From NCBI RefSeq assembly GCF_006345805.1, contig NC_043001.1, positions 34,410,001 through 34,474,000 on the forward strand: a DNA stretch of 64,000 bases, written 5' to 3'. The position numbers were made by a program, and so were the translations under genes. Positions within the stretch are counted from its first letter, which is position 1, and every line of letters begins with the position of its first letter. The notes under the pieces were generated by a model. It was given only the letters and a program-made list of their open reading frames with translations. It was not told where the DNA came from and ran no database searches. This document shows positions 25,244 through 39,182 of this stretch, piece by piece. The stretch is from Octopus sinensis. Its lineage: Eukaryota.

Positions 25244-25634
25244 GTGGCTGTGTGGTAAGTAGTTTGCTTACCAACCACATGGCTCCGGGTTCAGTTCCAC
25301 TGCGTGGCATCTTGCGCAAATGTCTTCTACTATAGCCTCGGGCGAACCAAAGCCTTGTGAGTGGATTTGGCAGACGGAAACTGAAAGAAGCCCGTCGTAT
25401 ATATGTATATGTATATATATGTGTGTGTGTTTGTTTGTGTGTCTGTGTTTGTCCCCTCAACATCGCTCAACAACCGATGCTGATGCGTTTACGTCCCCGT
25501 AACTTAGCGGTTCGGCAAAAGTGACCGATTGAATAAATACAAAGACTAAGTCCTGGGGTCTATTTGGTCGACTAAAGGTGGTGCTCCAGCATGGCAGCAG
25601 TCAAATTACTGAAACAAGTAAAAGAGAGTAAAAA
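25244..25634 (+). mobile_element. SINE S1
   Basis: Same head, body and tail as 22272-22682. Confidence 0.9.
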
Positions 25635-25798
25635 AAATAGAAAAGCGAGATATCGAGAGGATGGAGAGCAAAGATGGCCAGGGCCGGATTTGAACAGAAG
25701 AATTAAAGTAGCAGGTCAAACATCGCCAGAAATTTTGCGCTACGCTCTAACAATTCAACGAATCCTTGAAACACAGAGACACAGAGACACACACACAG

Positions 25799-25830
<32 letters not shown>

Positions 25831-25879
25831 ACACACACACACACACACATACACACACACACACACATACACACATACT

Positions 25880-26560
25880 TACTTTTTGGTCTGGCCGTTG
25901 TCCGTGTAATATCTATATTCTTCCTTGTGTTTGTGAAAATTTTGTATCTCTGCTGTAAGGCTTCATTTCCACGCGCGCCAGCTTAATTCGATTCGTCCTT
26001 AGTCGAAAGACACCTGTTGTTATGTCCTGTTATTATTTTTATTTTATTTTTTAAATTGTATTTATATTTGTGTAACGTCCGTTTTCACCGTCCTTGTTTT
26101 TGTATACATTCGCTGCTTTCTTCCAAGGAATCTAGTGCTCTTAGCTTAGTTTTTCCTCGGGGCTGACCAGAATGAAGCAATCTGAAGAATAATCAGCCGA
26201 AATTGCGAGGATAATCTGGTGCTTGACCGAAGAAAGAAAACTTCGAATGACCCGTCCTCGTTTTCTTTCTATCGTCTATCTGGATGTTTTGTTGTCCTAT
26301 TTTTTGTATCACCTAGCTGTCCGGATGTTTTGCGTTCTTGTCCCATTTTGTATTATATATATATATATGGGGAGAGTTCACGAAAAAAAACAAAAGACGA
26401 AGACAGGTGGTGTAGAAAACAAACAGATCTCTTAGTATAACGCTCAGGAATTGAAAAAATCTTTTACGTTTCGAGCCTACGCTCTTCTACTGAAAGGGAC
26501 ACAGAAAAAAAAAACAAGGAGAGAAACAAGGAGAGACAAAAATGTGTGCAAGCGGCGTAC
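25880..26560. mobile_element. Penelope-like terminal-repeat fragments meeting at (AT)n
   Basis: 26190-26350 is homologous to 45305-45435; the minus-strand arm carries a hammerhead-like motif at 26461-26496. Confidence 0.5.
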
Positions 26561-27525
26561 GTACACTTTGGTCTCTAAACTGGGACACAGTTTCTTGTGT
26601 CCGAGAGTTTGAGATTCTTCCATATCGAATAGTTTTACCATGGTGAATGTGCAGGTGACTACACAAGCCAATCCTCGCTCGAAACAGGCTGGAACAAAGA
26701 TGGTAATGAAGGGAGGGCCGTGTATAGTATACACGTTGCTTATATATGTATGCGTGTATGTATTTATGTACTAGGTCTTGTTTGTTAATATGACTTTCTC
26801 TTATTCACTTAAGCTCGTATATACTTCTCTACCACCATAGTTATTTTCCTATCTTTCTATCTTAAACTGCATGTCTGTTTATGTACATAAATGTAAACAA
26901 ATTACTTCGTGATGGCTAACAATATAAAGCAATTACGAAAGTAATTGCGGATATATATTTATCATTTTGGGCATATCTATGTATACATGTATGCACATCT
27001 ATATATCTGCTGTATGTATGTATGTATGTATGTATGTATGTATGTATGTATGTATGTATGTATGTATGTATGTATGTATGTATGTGTGTATGTGTGTATG
27101 TGTGTATGTATGTATGTACGTATCTATGCATGTATGAATGTATGAATGTATGCATGTTTGACTGTATTTATATATGATGCAATGTATATACGTAATATAA
27201 GTATGTTTGTATGACTGCATATACATCTATATATTTATACACACACACACATATATATATATATATACACATATATTTGTATGCATGTATATATTTATTT
27301 ATGTATGTATGTATATATATATATATACATATGTTTGTATCATATATATATATGTATATACATATATATATGTATGTATGTACATACATATATATACATA
27401 TATATATATACATATGTATATATCATATATATATATATGTATATACATATATATATATGTATGTACATACATATATATACTTATATAAATACATATGTAT
27501 GTATCATATATATATATATATGTAT

Positions 27526-27571
<46 letters not shown>

Positions 27572-30420
27572 TGTATGTATATTCAAGCTTTAGGCCGCTT
27601 AATAAATCGAATTTGCTATAAATCTGACGTTTCGTTGTATATGAAGATTCATGCATATGCAACAGTGACACCATCTACGCTATATACCGTGCAGATAGAT
27701 CTATAGATGCATCGTAATAAAATAAGTAGTCTGCAGACATTACTCCATACAGGCCGAAACTTCCAAGAGACTGTCAATAATATTTTTGATCAAGAATAAT
27801 AAATTTGCACTCAATCAAATGTATTGAGTAATTCTCCAATTTAATGTAAAATTGTTTTATTATAACGTAAAAGCACACGCACACATGTATATAAGAGAGT
27901 TACTTTGTATGTGTGTCTGTATGTGTCCGTATATATATATTCCCATGAAGATCGCAGTATCATAGGGCAAACTCTCAGTTACAGTTTCAATAAAAAATAA
28001 CCTGTATCCTCTACAATAAGTATTGAGCACTCCTGTGGATCGTCTGACATAAACCAGCACACGTGCATGCATACCTACCTACCAGGCACGTGTAGTGAGT
28101 AATTACTCAGGGTAGGCAGTTGGTGATGTTTATGTAGTAAACACACACACAAAAACATAATAAGCGAAACACAAGCGCGACTGAGTTGCAGGCGGATTTA
28201 CTTCTGTCTCTATAGTGAGTAAAGAAAACATTGTTGTAGGAATGTACGCAGCATGTGTACTACAGTAGTACTATGCGTAATTCTAATACTAAGATTGAAA
28301 AGCAGGGACGAATTATGCCTGCCTAATCTACAAAACAAATATTTCGCATTTTATGCATAATAATCAGAGTAACTTCCATAATTTTATTGAATTAGGTGCA
28401 TATTTTGTCATAAAAGGAAAATGTTTCTATCGATCTATTTCATTTAGGGTAGGCACTGCCTACCTTGTCGACCCAGGCGGCACGTCCCTGCTACCTACCT
28501 ACCTACCTACCTACCTACCTACCTCCCTACATACATACTTACTCCTGTCAAGTGTAAACATAATAGGCCGGACATTGTTGTTTGGGACAGACAAGAAAAA
28601 GTATGTTCTCTCATAGAGGCCAGCTGTCCTGATGATGGGAATATCTCTTTGAAAATCAAAGAGAAAGAAGATGACTATGGACAACTTCTTCGAAATTTCC
28701 AGCTTCTATATCCGGATTAGAAATTTACATCTATACCAATAAAAATTGGAGCATCGGTTTTGTAAGTAAATGCTAAACTGTCAGTCTGGATAAACTTGAA
28801 TTTTCAGAAAAAAAAGAAGAAAAATCAAATGTAAGCGGAACTGTAAAACTATGCAAGACTTTTCTCAGGTTTAAAATGTAATATTGTTTTCGTTATCTTC
28901 ATTCGAACGATGACGATTTGTATCATAACTGCAAACCAGCTCCTTCTTCAGAGGAAAAATTTAAATGATTAAATACAGAAGTGACATACATACATACATT
29001 CATGCGTATATACCTATATACATACATACAGACTCACATACATGCATACATATGTGTATGCATACACTCACACACACATATTTTCTGCTAAAATCTTTCC
29101 AGCAAACCATTTCCATCCCCATAAGCATCGCTTACTCACACACATTTTACTCCACACACTAACATGCAATCACCACAGTACACACACCTAAACACACAAA
29201 TAGAATCGACTTAAATTCCTCCCGCGAACTTGCTGGCCTGGTGCCAAAATTTGAAACCAGTATTTACCTTTATTAAAACAGTTAACTCATTCGCTCTGTG
29301 AACTAATTGTGTATAGTTCAGTTCTAGTATTTAGACGGTTCGCATCAAAACAGAACACATAGTAAGCGAAAAGACTTGAAGGACCACTATGCAGTGACTC
29401 TGACAGCGAGAAAAAAAAACAGATCGTTAAATTACACGCGATCGCCTTTAATATTCTTTTATTCTCCTACACGTTTCAGTCATTTGACTGCGGCCATGCT
29501 GGGGCGCCGACTTAAAAGGTTTTAGTCGAAGAATTCGACGCCAGAACTGGGGATGATTCACTTCATTAAAACTCTTCAAGGTGATGCCCCAGAATGACCG
29601 CAGTCGAACAAATGAAACAAACATAAAAAACTGATAAATCGTAAAACATGCAGCAAAAACGGCAAAATGTCTTACAGCATAAGTCAGCTTCATATGGTTC
29701 AACCTGGGGCTAAATAACAATAATAACAGCCACGTCATTCATGGGAATTCTGGCTAAATTTTCTTGAGCTCCAAAATCTTGATTCTGCATCTATGCATTG
29801 CTTCTAAACCTTACGGCTCCTTGCTGAAATGGAATCCGAAATTCGTGTTACGGTCCTTTAACAGACATTTTATTATGATGCAAAACCGTTCTTTCTTTCA
29901 TTGCAATTATTTGCTAAAATATTTCCTTCAAACTTTTCTTCGCAGCTTCCGCCATTGTTTGCAAACAATTTTGCTACTAAATCTTGTGGTACATTTATTT
30001 GTTCTGTTTTGTCTTTTTCTGTTTTCTTTTCCAATTTTTTTAATGGCAAAAATACCTTACAAATACGAATGTGCTCGACAACATAAACCACATAGTAGAA
30101 TCACCTACATACATGCTTACATACATGCATACATACATACATACATGCATGCATACATACATACATACATAAATACATACATACATACATATATACATAC
30201 ATACATACTACCTACCTACCTACCTACCTACCTACCTACCAACCTACCTACCTACATACATACATACATACATACATGCATACAGTACAAAGATAACCCA
30301 TACATCTGTGTGTATATGTATATATGCATGTATATATGTTTATATGAATATATATATATACACATAAGCACACACACACACAAACACATATATACATGTG
30401 TATGAGTGTGTGTTTGTTTA

Positions 30421-30457
<37 letters not shown>

Positions 30458-30623
30458 TAGATATGGTTAGATTGAGGAAGAAAACATGCATACAATATAT
30501 ATGTATATATATATACATACACATACATTCATGCATACACACACACACACACACACACACATAAGCAAGCTTATTCAAGCATATGAAATAATCTAATTCA
30601 AATATAAACTGATACGCACATAC

Positions 30624-30664
<41 letters not shown>

Positions 30665-31009
30665 AATCTCTATGCAACTAGATACTCACAAATAGACGCA
30701 TATGTGTGTATGTATATGCACGTCTGTTTGTGTATGTGTGTTTGTGTGTGTGCATGCATGCATGCATGTGAGCGTGCGTGCGTGCGTGCGTGTGTGTTGT
30801 TAGTTCAATCATAAACGACACACGTAAACACAATTAATCAAATTACAAAACATTCATTGGCTTCAGAAATAAACGGCCATGTTGAGCTAATAAATCCTTA
30901 GATATGATATCCACCATGATTGCACACTGCTTTAAACCTCTCCTTCCTCTTCTTCTTTCTCTGCTCTCCCTTCCTCACCTTCCACTGATTTCCTTCCACT
31001 CTCTTTGAT

Positions 31010-31132
31010 AGCCACCTCCACTACTACTACTATACTACTACTACTACTACTACCACCACCACCCCTACACTACTACTACTACTACTACTACTACTACCAA
31101 CACCACCCCTGCTGCTGCTGCTGCTGCTGCTG

Positions 31133-31193
<61 letters not shown>

Positions 31194-31630
31194 CGTTGAT
31201 CTCTCCACTGGCTTCATTTCTTCTTCTTCTTCTTCTCTTCTTCTTCTCTTCTTCTTCTCTTCTTCTTCTTCTTCTCTTCTTCTTCTTCTTCTTCTTCTTT
31301 CTTCTTCTTCTTCTCCTGCTCCTGCTCCTCCTCCTCTTCTTTTTCTTCTTCTTCTTCTTTCTTCTTCTTCTTCTTCTTCTCTTCTTCTTCTTCTTTTCTT
31401 CTTCTTCTTTTCTTCTTCTTCTTCTTCTTCTTCTTCTTTTTCTTCTTCTTCTTTTCTTCTTCTTCTTCTTCTCCTTCATTACCACCCTTACCACATTACA
31501 AGCACCAACACGAATACCAGCGGTGGCACCCCACGACGACGACGACCACCAACACCACCGCCGCCGCCGACGCCACCATCATCATTATTATCATCATCAC
31601 CATCATCATTATCATCATCATCATCATCTG
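31010..31630. repeat. Compound trinucleotide array (ACT)n/(GCT)n/(TTC)n/(CAT)n
   Basis: Direct reading. Confidence 0.9.
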
Positions 31631-32339
31631 CTTCATCATCTTCACCTTCGTCCTCTAATCCCCACTTCTTTCTACCCTTTCCTCTTCCTCAGCAACCTTC
31701 ATTCACGTGCCTTTTCCATTAGAGCCTACCTCCTCCTCATACGAGGAGCTATAGCTTTGGATGAGTTAACTGAATTCCTTTTATCGCCACATAAAGTATA
31801 CAAGTGCTCCTGGTTCCGGAGGAATGAATACTTCTCAGGTTAATAATAGATGGCAGAACATTCGGAGTGGGGGGGGGGCGGTCCCATACTCGTTTACATA
31901 CACACAAGTATAAACATACCAAAACAATCACACACACACACATACACACACACATACATACACACATACATACATACATACATACATACATACATACATG
32001 CACACACATACGGTTGGAACTTTAAAGAACACCAAAACAAGACTATAATAACATTTACTTTGCTTGCTTACACTCACACACACACACACACACACACACA
32101 AAGATATGTATATATACGTACTTACATATATGCACTAACGAACGGTTAGTTATATAGAAACAGGCGTACGCAGGGTCATACATACACGCACACGCACACG
32201 CACACGCACATTCGCGAATACATATGCACATACATATACACACACACACGCATATATAAAAGGAAAGACAGAACGAGAGTTATTGATAATTGCTCATATT
32301 TATATAGAGAAGTTCATATATATATATATATACATTCAA

Positions 32340-32510
32340 AATGTGACCGCGTGTGTACCGTTGGCGATTTTTTCCCTCTATCTTCCCTTCTTTGGATCTT
32401 TCCTTCTCCTATGTTAAACCCTCCTTCTTTCCCTCTTTCCTGAGCGTCCAATAATACTATATTTGTTCCACGTCCTCGTGTTGTGTTTTTTTGTGCTTTC
32501 ATGTTTGGAT

Positions 32511-32516
<6 letters not shown>
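32340..32516 (+). mobile_element. Penelope-like terminal-repeat fragment lacking the hammerhead core
   Basis: ttcctgagcg...aatact...ttgttccacgt...gtttggatta then (AT)n is homologous to the minus strand of 45470-45610. Confidence 0.5.
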
Positions 32517-32559
<43 letters not shown>

Positions 32560-32820
32560 ATGTGCCAGTCCCAGGATGGGTCGAATGTTATTGTTACTTA
32601 GTCTCAGGAAACATTGTTTCCAGCTGGCTATACGACACAAAAAAATTGTGTCCTCATATTTTCGCACACTGGAGATCAGTAGCACCATCCAGCACAACTT
32701 CGCATCCACGGACCGGTTTCTGGATTATTGCACTTTATCAACGTGGAGTAGCTTAGTTGGGTAGATGTCGCCACTGAACAGCTGTCGAAAATATATAGAT
32801 TTCAAAGTGACACACAGTTA

Positions 32821-33035
32821 CTGATCTACAAAATAGAAGTTTTATTATTTCTAAATCTTTCAAAGAGAGATATACAGTTACAGTACCATAAAGCAAAGAC
32901 TTTTTGCCAACATAATGTGACAGTCCTAGGATGGGACGAATGTTACTGTTATTTAGCCCCAGGAAGCATCGTTTCCAGCTGGCTATACGACACAAAAAAT
33001 TCTGTATCCTTATATTTTCAAACAGGGGAGATCAG
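32821..33035. mobile_element. Putative ~215-bp MITE with short TIRs and TA flanks
   Basis: TA-CTGATCT...AGATCAG-TA; partial copies at 32558-32681 (+) and 63490-63670 (-). Confidence 0.55.
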
Positions 33036-33054
33036 TATTTATATATATATCTTA

Positions 33055-33505
33055 TATTTCTTTTATGGGTTTCAGCCAGAGGCTGAAACCATGCTGGTGC
33101 ATCGCCTTTACTACATCCGGGTATTTTTCCAGTATTGCTTCTGGTGAAGTATCGATTTGGACGGTGCGGCTCTTCGTTGTTCCTCCTGTTGCGATGTGGG
33201 TTGAACCGGTATTGCAGATACCGGATCTACACACATCGTGATAAGGCATTAAAAAGTTGTGGTCCCTTGAACCCCAAGTCATTACAATATTGGGTTCGTA
33301 TCCTCGATGGAGAAGGTGGGACCTTTGGTACTGTGCAGTGCTGTCCATGTCGGAGATTGTCCTAGATTTTCATTCCGAAATTTAGATGTAGACTCTCCAT
33401 TATTTTTCATAGGTATAGCTTTGCACATCTCACTCGTCTCTTCTCCAGGGAGTAGAGTCCCAGGTCCTTCAACTTCTCTCAGTAGCCCATGTTTTTTACT
33501 GAGTC
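33055..33505 (-). mobile_element. CR1-type LINE, 3' terminal fragment
   Basis: Minus frame LKDLGLYSLEKRR...HCTVPKVPPSPSRIRTQYCNDLGFKGPQLFNAL with stops; 3' UTR ends ccagcatgg...ctgaaac...aaaaga. Confidence 0.75.
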
Positions 33506-33567
33506 TGTCTTCATTATTTACATTATTTACATTCGACGGATATTTGTCCTGATTTAGTTTGTTGTAC

Positions 33568-33611
33568 ACACAACGTTTCGGCTGATATGCCCGCCAGCCT
33601 TCTTCGGGTGT
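33568..33611 (-). ncRNA. Minimal hammerhead-like motif in the S5 tail (U4C variant)
   Basis: acac CCGAAGA a ggctg-gcgggcatat-cagcc GAAAC GU U gtgt; sister copies at 34593 and 41209 have canonical CTGAAGA. Confidence 0.55.
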
Positions 33612-33659
33612 CTTGGGGAAATTTCGAACCTGGGTTCTCATTCCTAAGGTATCTTTCGA

Positions 33660-33723
<64 letters not shown>

Positions 33724-34276
33724 GAGTGAGCGAGCAGAGCATGCCATCAAAGTGACACTGGGGTAAAATATACGAAGCCCAGTATACCCATCATGACTAC
33801 CCGTCTGATAAAGGTATACCAGGCACATGCATCACAACCATATGTGCGCGACATGGTGATCTCATATCAAGATAAACAGCACATGACCTTGCAGGTGGAG
33901 CCCAGTTAGAATTTTCTTCAGATCGAGTAACCCATCCTGCTCAAAAGGTCCCTGAATAAGGGTTGTTTAAGGACGTTGAACGAAACACCCATGTTTCCAC
34001 AGGTGAATTATTCAAACCCCAAAGAATCCTTCTCAACACATGGCTATGATGCTCCCCCACTACTTCTGCTCGTGATCAGAGATGCACATATCGTCAGCCA
34101 CTAAGGGACATGCTCAACTGGTAAGGTCAAACAACTGACAAGCAAATCTGTGGTATTGAGCAGAATATTTGCTGTAGCCCATCTTTTATACCAAGACAAA
34201 ACAATGTACATGATAACACTTCCAATCAGTTAAGATCAGAAGCCATGAGAGCCACTGCCTGGTACTGCATCAGGGC
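33724..34276 (-). mobile_element. ~550-bp (TAA)n-associated element, second full copy
   Basis: Reverse complement of 8143-8688 with 8 extra 5' bases (gccctgat); sits in (TTA)n on the plus strand. Confidence 0.88.
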
Positions 34277-34283
34277 ATTTATT

Positions 34284-34385
<102 letters not shown>

Positions 34386-34674
34386 ATTATTGTTCAGGTC
34401 ACTGCTTTGAATCGATCTCGGAATTTTGGGGTGGTGGTTAAGAGCGCGGGCTACTAATCCCAAGATTCCGAGTTCGATTCCAAGCAGTGACCTGAGCAAT
34501 AACAGCAACAACAACAACAACAATAATAATAATAATAACATCGAAAAATACCTTAGGAATGAGGACCCAGGTTCGAAATTTCCCCAAGACACCTGAAGAA
34601 GGCAGGAGGGTATATCAAACAAATATCCGTCGAATGTAAATAATGTACATAATTCCTCATCTCTTAAATATAGA

Positions 34675-34915
34675 ACTGAGTCCATCTTTTTGTGTAGTGG
34701 CAATGGATCGCCTCTAGTTCCGCAATTAGTTTTACACAGTAGTCCAGACGACTGAAGACAAAGGTTCTCCAAAGCAGAAGCATTGGGTCACTTTTCTTGG
34801 AAACCATGTTGCAACTGAAGAAGGCATAACGAATTAGAAATGCATCAAGGACCATCCCAGATGTCACCACTGAGATGACAATGGTATTTTTACACCTTTA
34901 TCAGACGAGTGAAAT
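34675..34915 (-). mobile_element. CR1-type LINE, upstream continuation of 33055-33505
   Basis: DPMLLLWRTFVFSRLDYC...IAELEAI..HYTKKMDSV joins DSVKNMG across the S5 insertion. Confidence 0.7.
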
Positions 34916-35198
34916 TTTATTCTCCACGGTAAACTGCAGTGATATTGCAGTAATATCTTAGATGTTAAGATATGTCACCAACATATTTGAATTCGGCGTC
35001 CTTGAATGCCGTGCACCAATGAACGAATGTGTTGAACACAGTTGTCTAAAAGGGAGAATTTATCCTCCTAACACATACGCAACAGCATCCGAGATATTTT
35101 GCCTCTGTACCGACCTAGATGAATTAATAAAAATGCAAATATTCATTCCTGATCTAGGAGTAGACGGTGCAAACAACGATTTTTAGCAACAATGTTAT

Positions 35199-35600
35199 GT
35201 GGCTGTGTGGTAAGTAGCTTGCTTACCAGCCACATGATTTCGGGTTCATTTCCACTGCGTGGCACCTTGCGCAAGTGTCTTCTATTATAACCTCGGGCCG
35301 ACCAAAGCCTTGTGAGTGGATTTGGTAGACAGAAACTGAAAGAAGCCCGTCGTATATATGTATATATGTATGTGTGTGTATATGTTTGTGTGTCTGTGTT
35401 TGTTACCCCCCCTCACCAATATCGCTTGACAAACGATGCTGTTGTTTTTACGTCCCAGTAACTTAGCGGTTCGGCAAAAGAGACCGATAAAATAAGTACT
35501 AGGCTTACAAAGATTAAGTCCTAGGGTCGATTTGCTCGACTCTAAAGGCGATACTCCAGCATGGCCGCAGTCAAATGACTGAAACAAGTAAAAGAGTAAA
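35199..35600 (+). mobile_element. SINE S1
   Basis: Same head, body and tail. Confidence 0.9.
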
Positions 35601-36958
35601 ATACTATACATATGTGTGTGTGTGCGTGTGTGCGTGTATGTATGTCATTATTCAGTTTATTTCAAGCTTTCTTGCCAATAGAGAAAGAACCGGTTTCTAA
35701 CCTAGATCCAAGGCTCCCTCAGTGGAATTTCAACATCAGCAACTGGGTATTTTTGTTTGTATGTATGTATATATATAGGTGCAGATATGTATGTTTTATG
35801 TATTTATTCTCATACATATAGTTGCATATCTAGGCATGCTCATATGTACGTATCTATGTATGCACATATCAGTCAAAAGAGAAGTAGTGAAAGGATGGAA
35901 GGAAGTATCTTCCACCCAGAGACCTGGCCCGAATGTTTGCGACAAAACGGATTCTTCTAAAAAATACCCCAAGTGCCACGTGGGGTTGTTGATCGGAATG
36001 TCTAGTAGCCCAAATACGCCAAAACTGCGTTTGAACTCAAAACGAGAAGAGCTTGAATAAATACTCATAAATATTGTATGACCTCTCGTCCAGCATTTTT
36101 AAAAGGCTGACAATCTTATTTCCTTTTTTTCTTTCGTTCTTTCTGTCGTTCTTTATTTTCTTATTTGACTCGTAAGGATAAGAGGCAAAGTTGACGTCAG
36201 TGGGATTTGAACTCAGAGCGTAGGTAGTCGGAGAACAAATATCGAAATACCACAATGCATCATATCTGACGCTGTAACAACTCTGCTAAGCACACCCCAC
36301 CACACACATATACAACATTTTTTATGATATATGTGTATAAATATTTGTATGTGTGGCGCGTGTATGTTATATATGTATATATATATATATATAGTATATA
36401 TATATATATATTATATATATATTATATATATTATATTTATATCCATATATATCCATAGTCATACACCCTAACACACAACAAAACAACAAGAGTAAACAGA
36501 CTTAACAACTTAAAAGTATTTAACTAAATAAATATTGCATTTCATGGTAAACAGTCGCAAAGTTACATAGCAATACCAAATGAAGATAAATCAGGACTAA
36601 CTTGATATTTATTATACAACAAAATAAAGCAAATTTTAAGATTAATAATATCAATATTTACTATAGTTTCCTTTTGCAACCGTTATTGTTTTTCACTCTA
36701 TTGAACAACATTAATTCAATCAGTCTTTAAAATTACTTGAAGCCTTACTAATACCGCTAACATAGTTGTCGGATATTCCAAAGAATCTTTTGACTTTTCA
36801 TGTATTGTATTTTTCTTTTTTTTTTCCTTTTTTTTTTTGTCTTTTCCGATAATCCTAGAAATCCAGTAGAGTTCTACGATCGAAGAGCAAAATCCATTTC
36901 TAAATGTTCTATTTCTTGATATCTCCTCTTGCTTTAAATGTTATTTACTTCGATTTGA

Positions 36959-37037
<79 letters not shown>

Positions 37038-37287
37038 ACATATATATATATATACATATATATATACTATATATATAATTATATTATGTATATATATATA
37101 TAAATATATGTATATATATATATATTTATACACACACATATATATATATATATCTTTATAATATATATTACACATACATATACATAAATATGGTTGTTTT
37201 CCGGCTCGATAATGTTGAGAAGTAGATATTGAATGTGTGTGTGTGTTCACAGACACACAAACACACACACACACATACACACACACA

Positions 37288-37340
<53 letters not shown>

Positions 37341-37557
37341 TCAATATCTACTTCTCAACATTATCGAGCCGGAAACAAACAGTTTTTACGTTGCATGATT
37401 TCTCTTTTATTTGCAGAATCTGGTTTTACTTTCATTTTGTAAAGGGTGCGGATTTGTTCTGTGAAGATAACCAAAATTCTTAAGAGATTGCAACTTCTTC
37501 CTTTTTATCTATCCTATATAATTGCCTCTTTCCTTTCCCAATATACTCATCAACTTC

Positions 37558-37616
<59 letters not shown>

Positions 37617-38906
37617 GAGGTGTGACTTGTTGTAACTTGTACCTAAGCTAATGGTAACCATACTATAGTTTTCATTGACTCATATATAAATCAGACACTG
37701 CAGCACAATTATGTCGAATACGATTATCGAATCGTTGTCATACTCTTAAGAAAGTAGGAGTAAAAAAAATACAGCGAAATGGGATTTGTCTGTTTCTCAT
37801 TTTAAAGCCCAGTTGATTATGTATTTATACCATGATTACTTAAAGGAGATTAATTATAATGGCCGAACTTGTTTTTACTTCTACACATCATGAACCGAGT
37901 GTCCTTTATCTCTCAATTTAATACGCTTTGTAAGTATTTCCCTAAAATAACATCGAAACGCACGAAGCCCAAACTGCATGATAAACAACTGCTTTCCTTT
38001 TTCCTTTCTGATTAAGTCAGCTTTCCACTATTTTAATATCCGTAATGTTATTGTTATTGATTAAGTATATCAAGGAAAATAAGAAAACAAACGTTATAAA
38101 AACACTATGAAATTAGTTCGGATATAATTCGGGTAAAATCATTGAGATTAATCCTTCGCCCGTTTTTCGTTTTTATATCCGTTTTTGTTTTCCCTTTATA
38201 GTCTACGCTCCGGAGAGCGGAAAATGTGTCAAGATGGCTGTTGGCTTACAAAGCACGATAACTTTGCTGACTTTGTGTTATTAAATTACTACAGAGAATC
38301 TATCCGAAACTAAGTGAAGATTATAAAACAAGGTTGATAAACCGGTCTAATGTGAAAATGGACAATAGGAATTCATTTTATAAAATACCTGAATTTGTTC
38401 AAAAGAATAGAGTTAAAAGGAAACAATCCTAACAACACCGAATCATCTATTTACACACATCTGTAAATCACTAATGCAAATGCACATACATGAAGTTTCA
38501 AAAAGTTATAAGAAATAAAATATATGCACAGACCTTATAAATACACGAACAGATGTCCCCTCACTGCGTATATGCGTGTATGCATGTATAAATATATGTA
38601 AATCCGTATATGTATGTGCATGTGTGAGTGTGTGCATACAAACACACACACACATATACATATACATCCATAGATTCACATACACATATACATATATATT
38701 AAGATACATATATACACATATATGTTTCACTAAGTGGACATCCATATGCTAGAAGTAGACCCCCTATAAGAACATTTTTGGTCATCTCTCTTATATGTAT
38801 GTAATACAATTTTTCTGAAACTTCAGATTTTTCTATATGCTAGACCACTGGTTTTAAATTGATTTTAATCAAATTAATAATCAAATTTTCACCCTTATTA
38901 TTTTAA

Positions 38907-38944
<38 letters not shown>

Positions 38945-39066
38945 GCACGGATATTTTCATATATATGTGCGTGCGCATGCGTGTGTGTGTGTGTGTGTCT
39001 GTGTGTGTATTTGTGAAAAGATCAAATGTGAAGGTTATGCACATTTTCGACTTACACTTCATGAAG

Positions 39067-39182
39067 TATGTTTCGTTCAACATCCTTAAACAACCCTTAT
39101 TCAAGGACCTTTTGAGCGGGATGGGTTACTCAACCAGGAGAAAAATTCTAACTGGGCCTCACCTGCAAGGTCACACGCTGTC
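39067..39182 (+). mobile_element. Internal fragment of the ~550-bp element
   Basis: ttcaacatcctta.acaacccttattca.ggaccttttgagcgggatggg...acctgcaaggtca matches ~8420-8535. Confidence 0.8.

Noticed and set aside
28660-28870. Possible mariner 3' end matching the 14-kb fragment
   Set aside because: Similarity to a transposase C-terminus and TIR is too weak to support
31196-31900. Ser/Pro/His-rich protein-like frames
   Set aside because: Derived from decayed trinucleotide repeats; no frame is consistently open and no credible splice sites were found
34431-34490. tRNA genes at SINE heads (also 1190, 22275, 41400)
   Set aside because: A/B boxes are present but I could not fold a full cloverleaf with acceptor stem, and each runs into a multi-copy SINE body
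35850-36070. Unique-sequence ORFs on both strands
   Set aside because: No recognisable domain or splice signals; length is within chance expectation
38200-38330. AAGATGGC (YY1-like) motif as a gene start
   Set aside because: Both nearby ATG frames close within 30 codons and no splice donor follows
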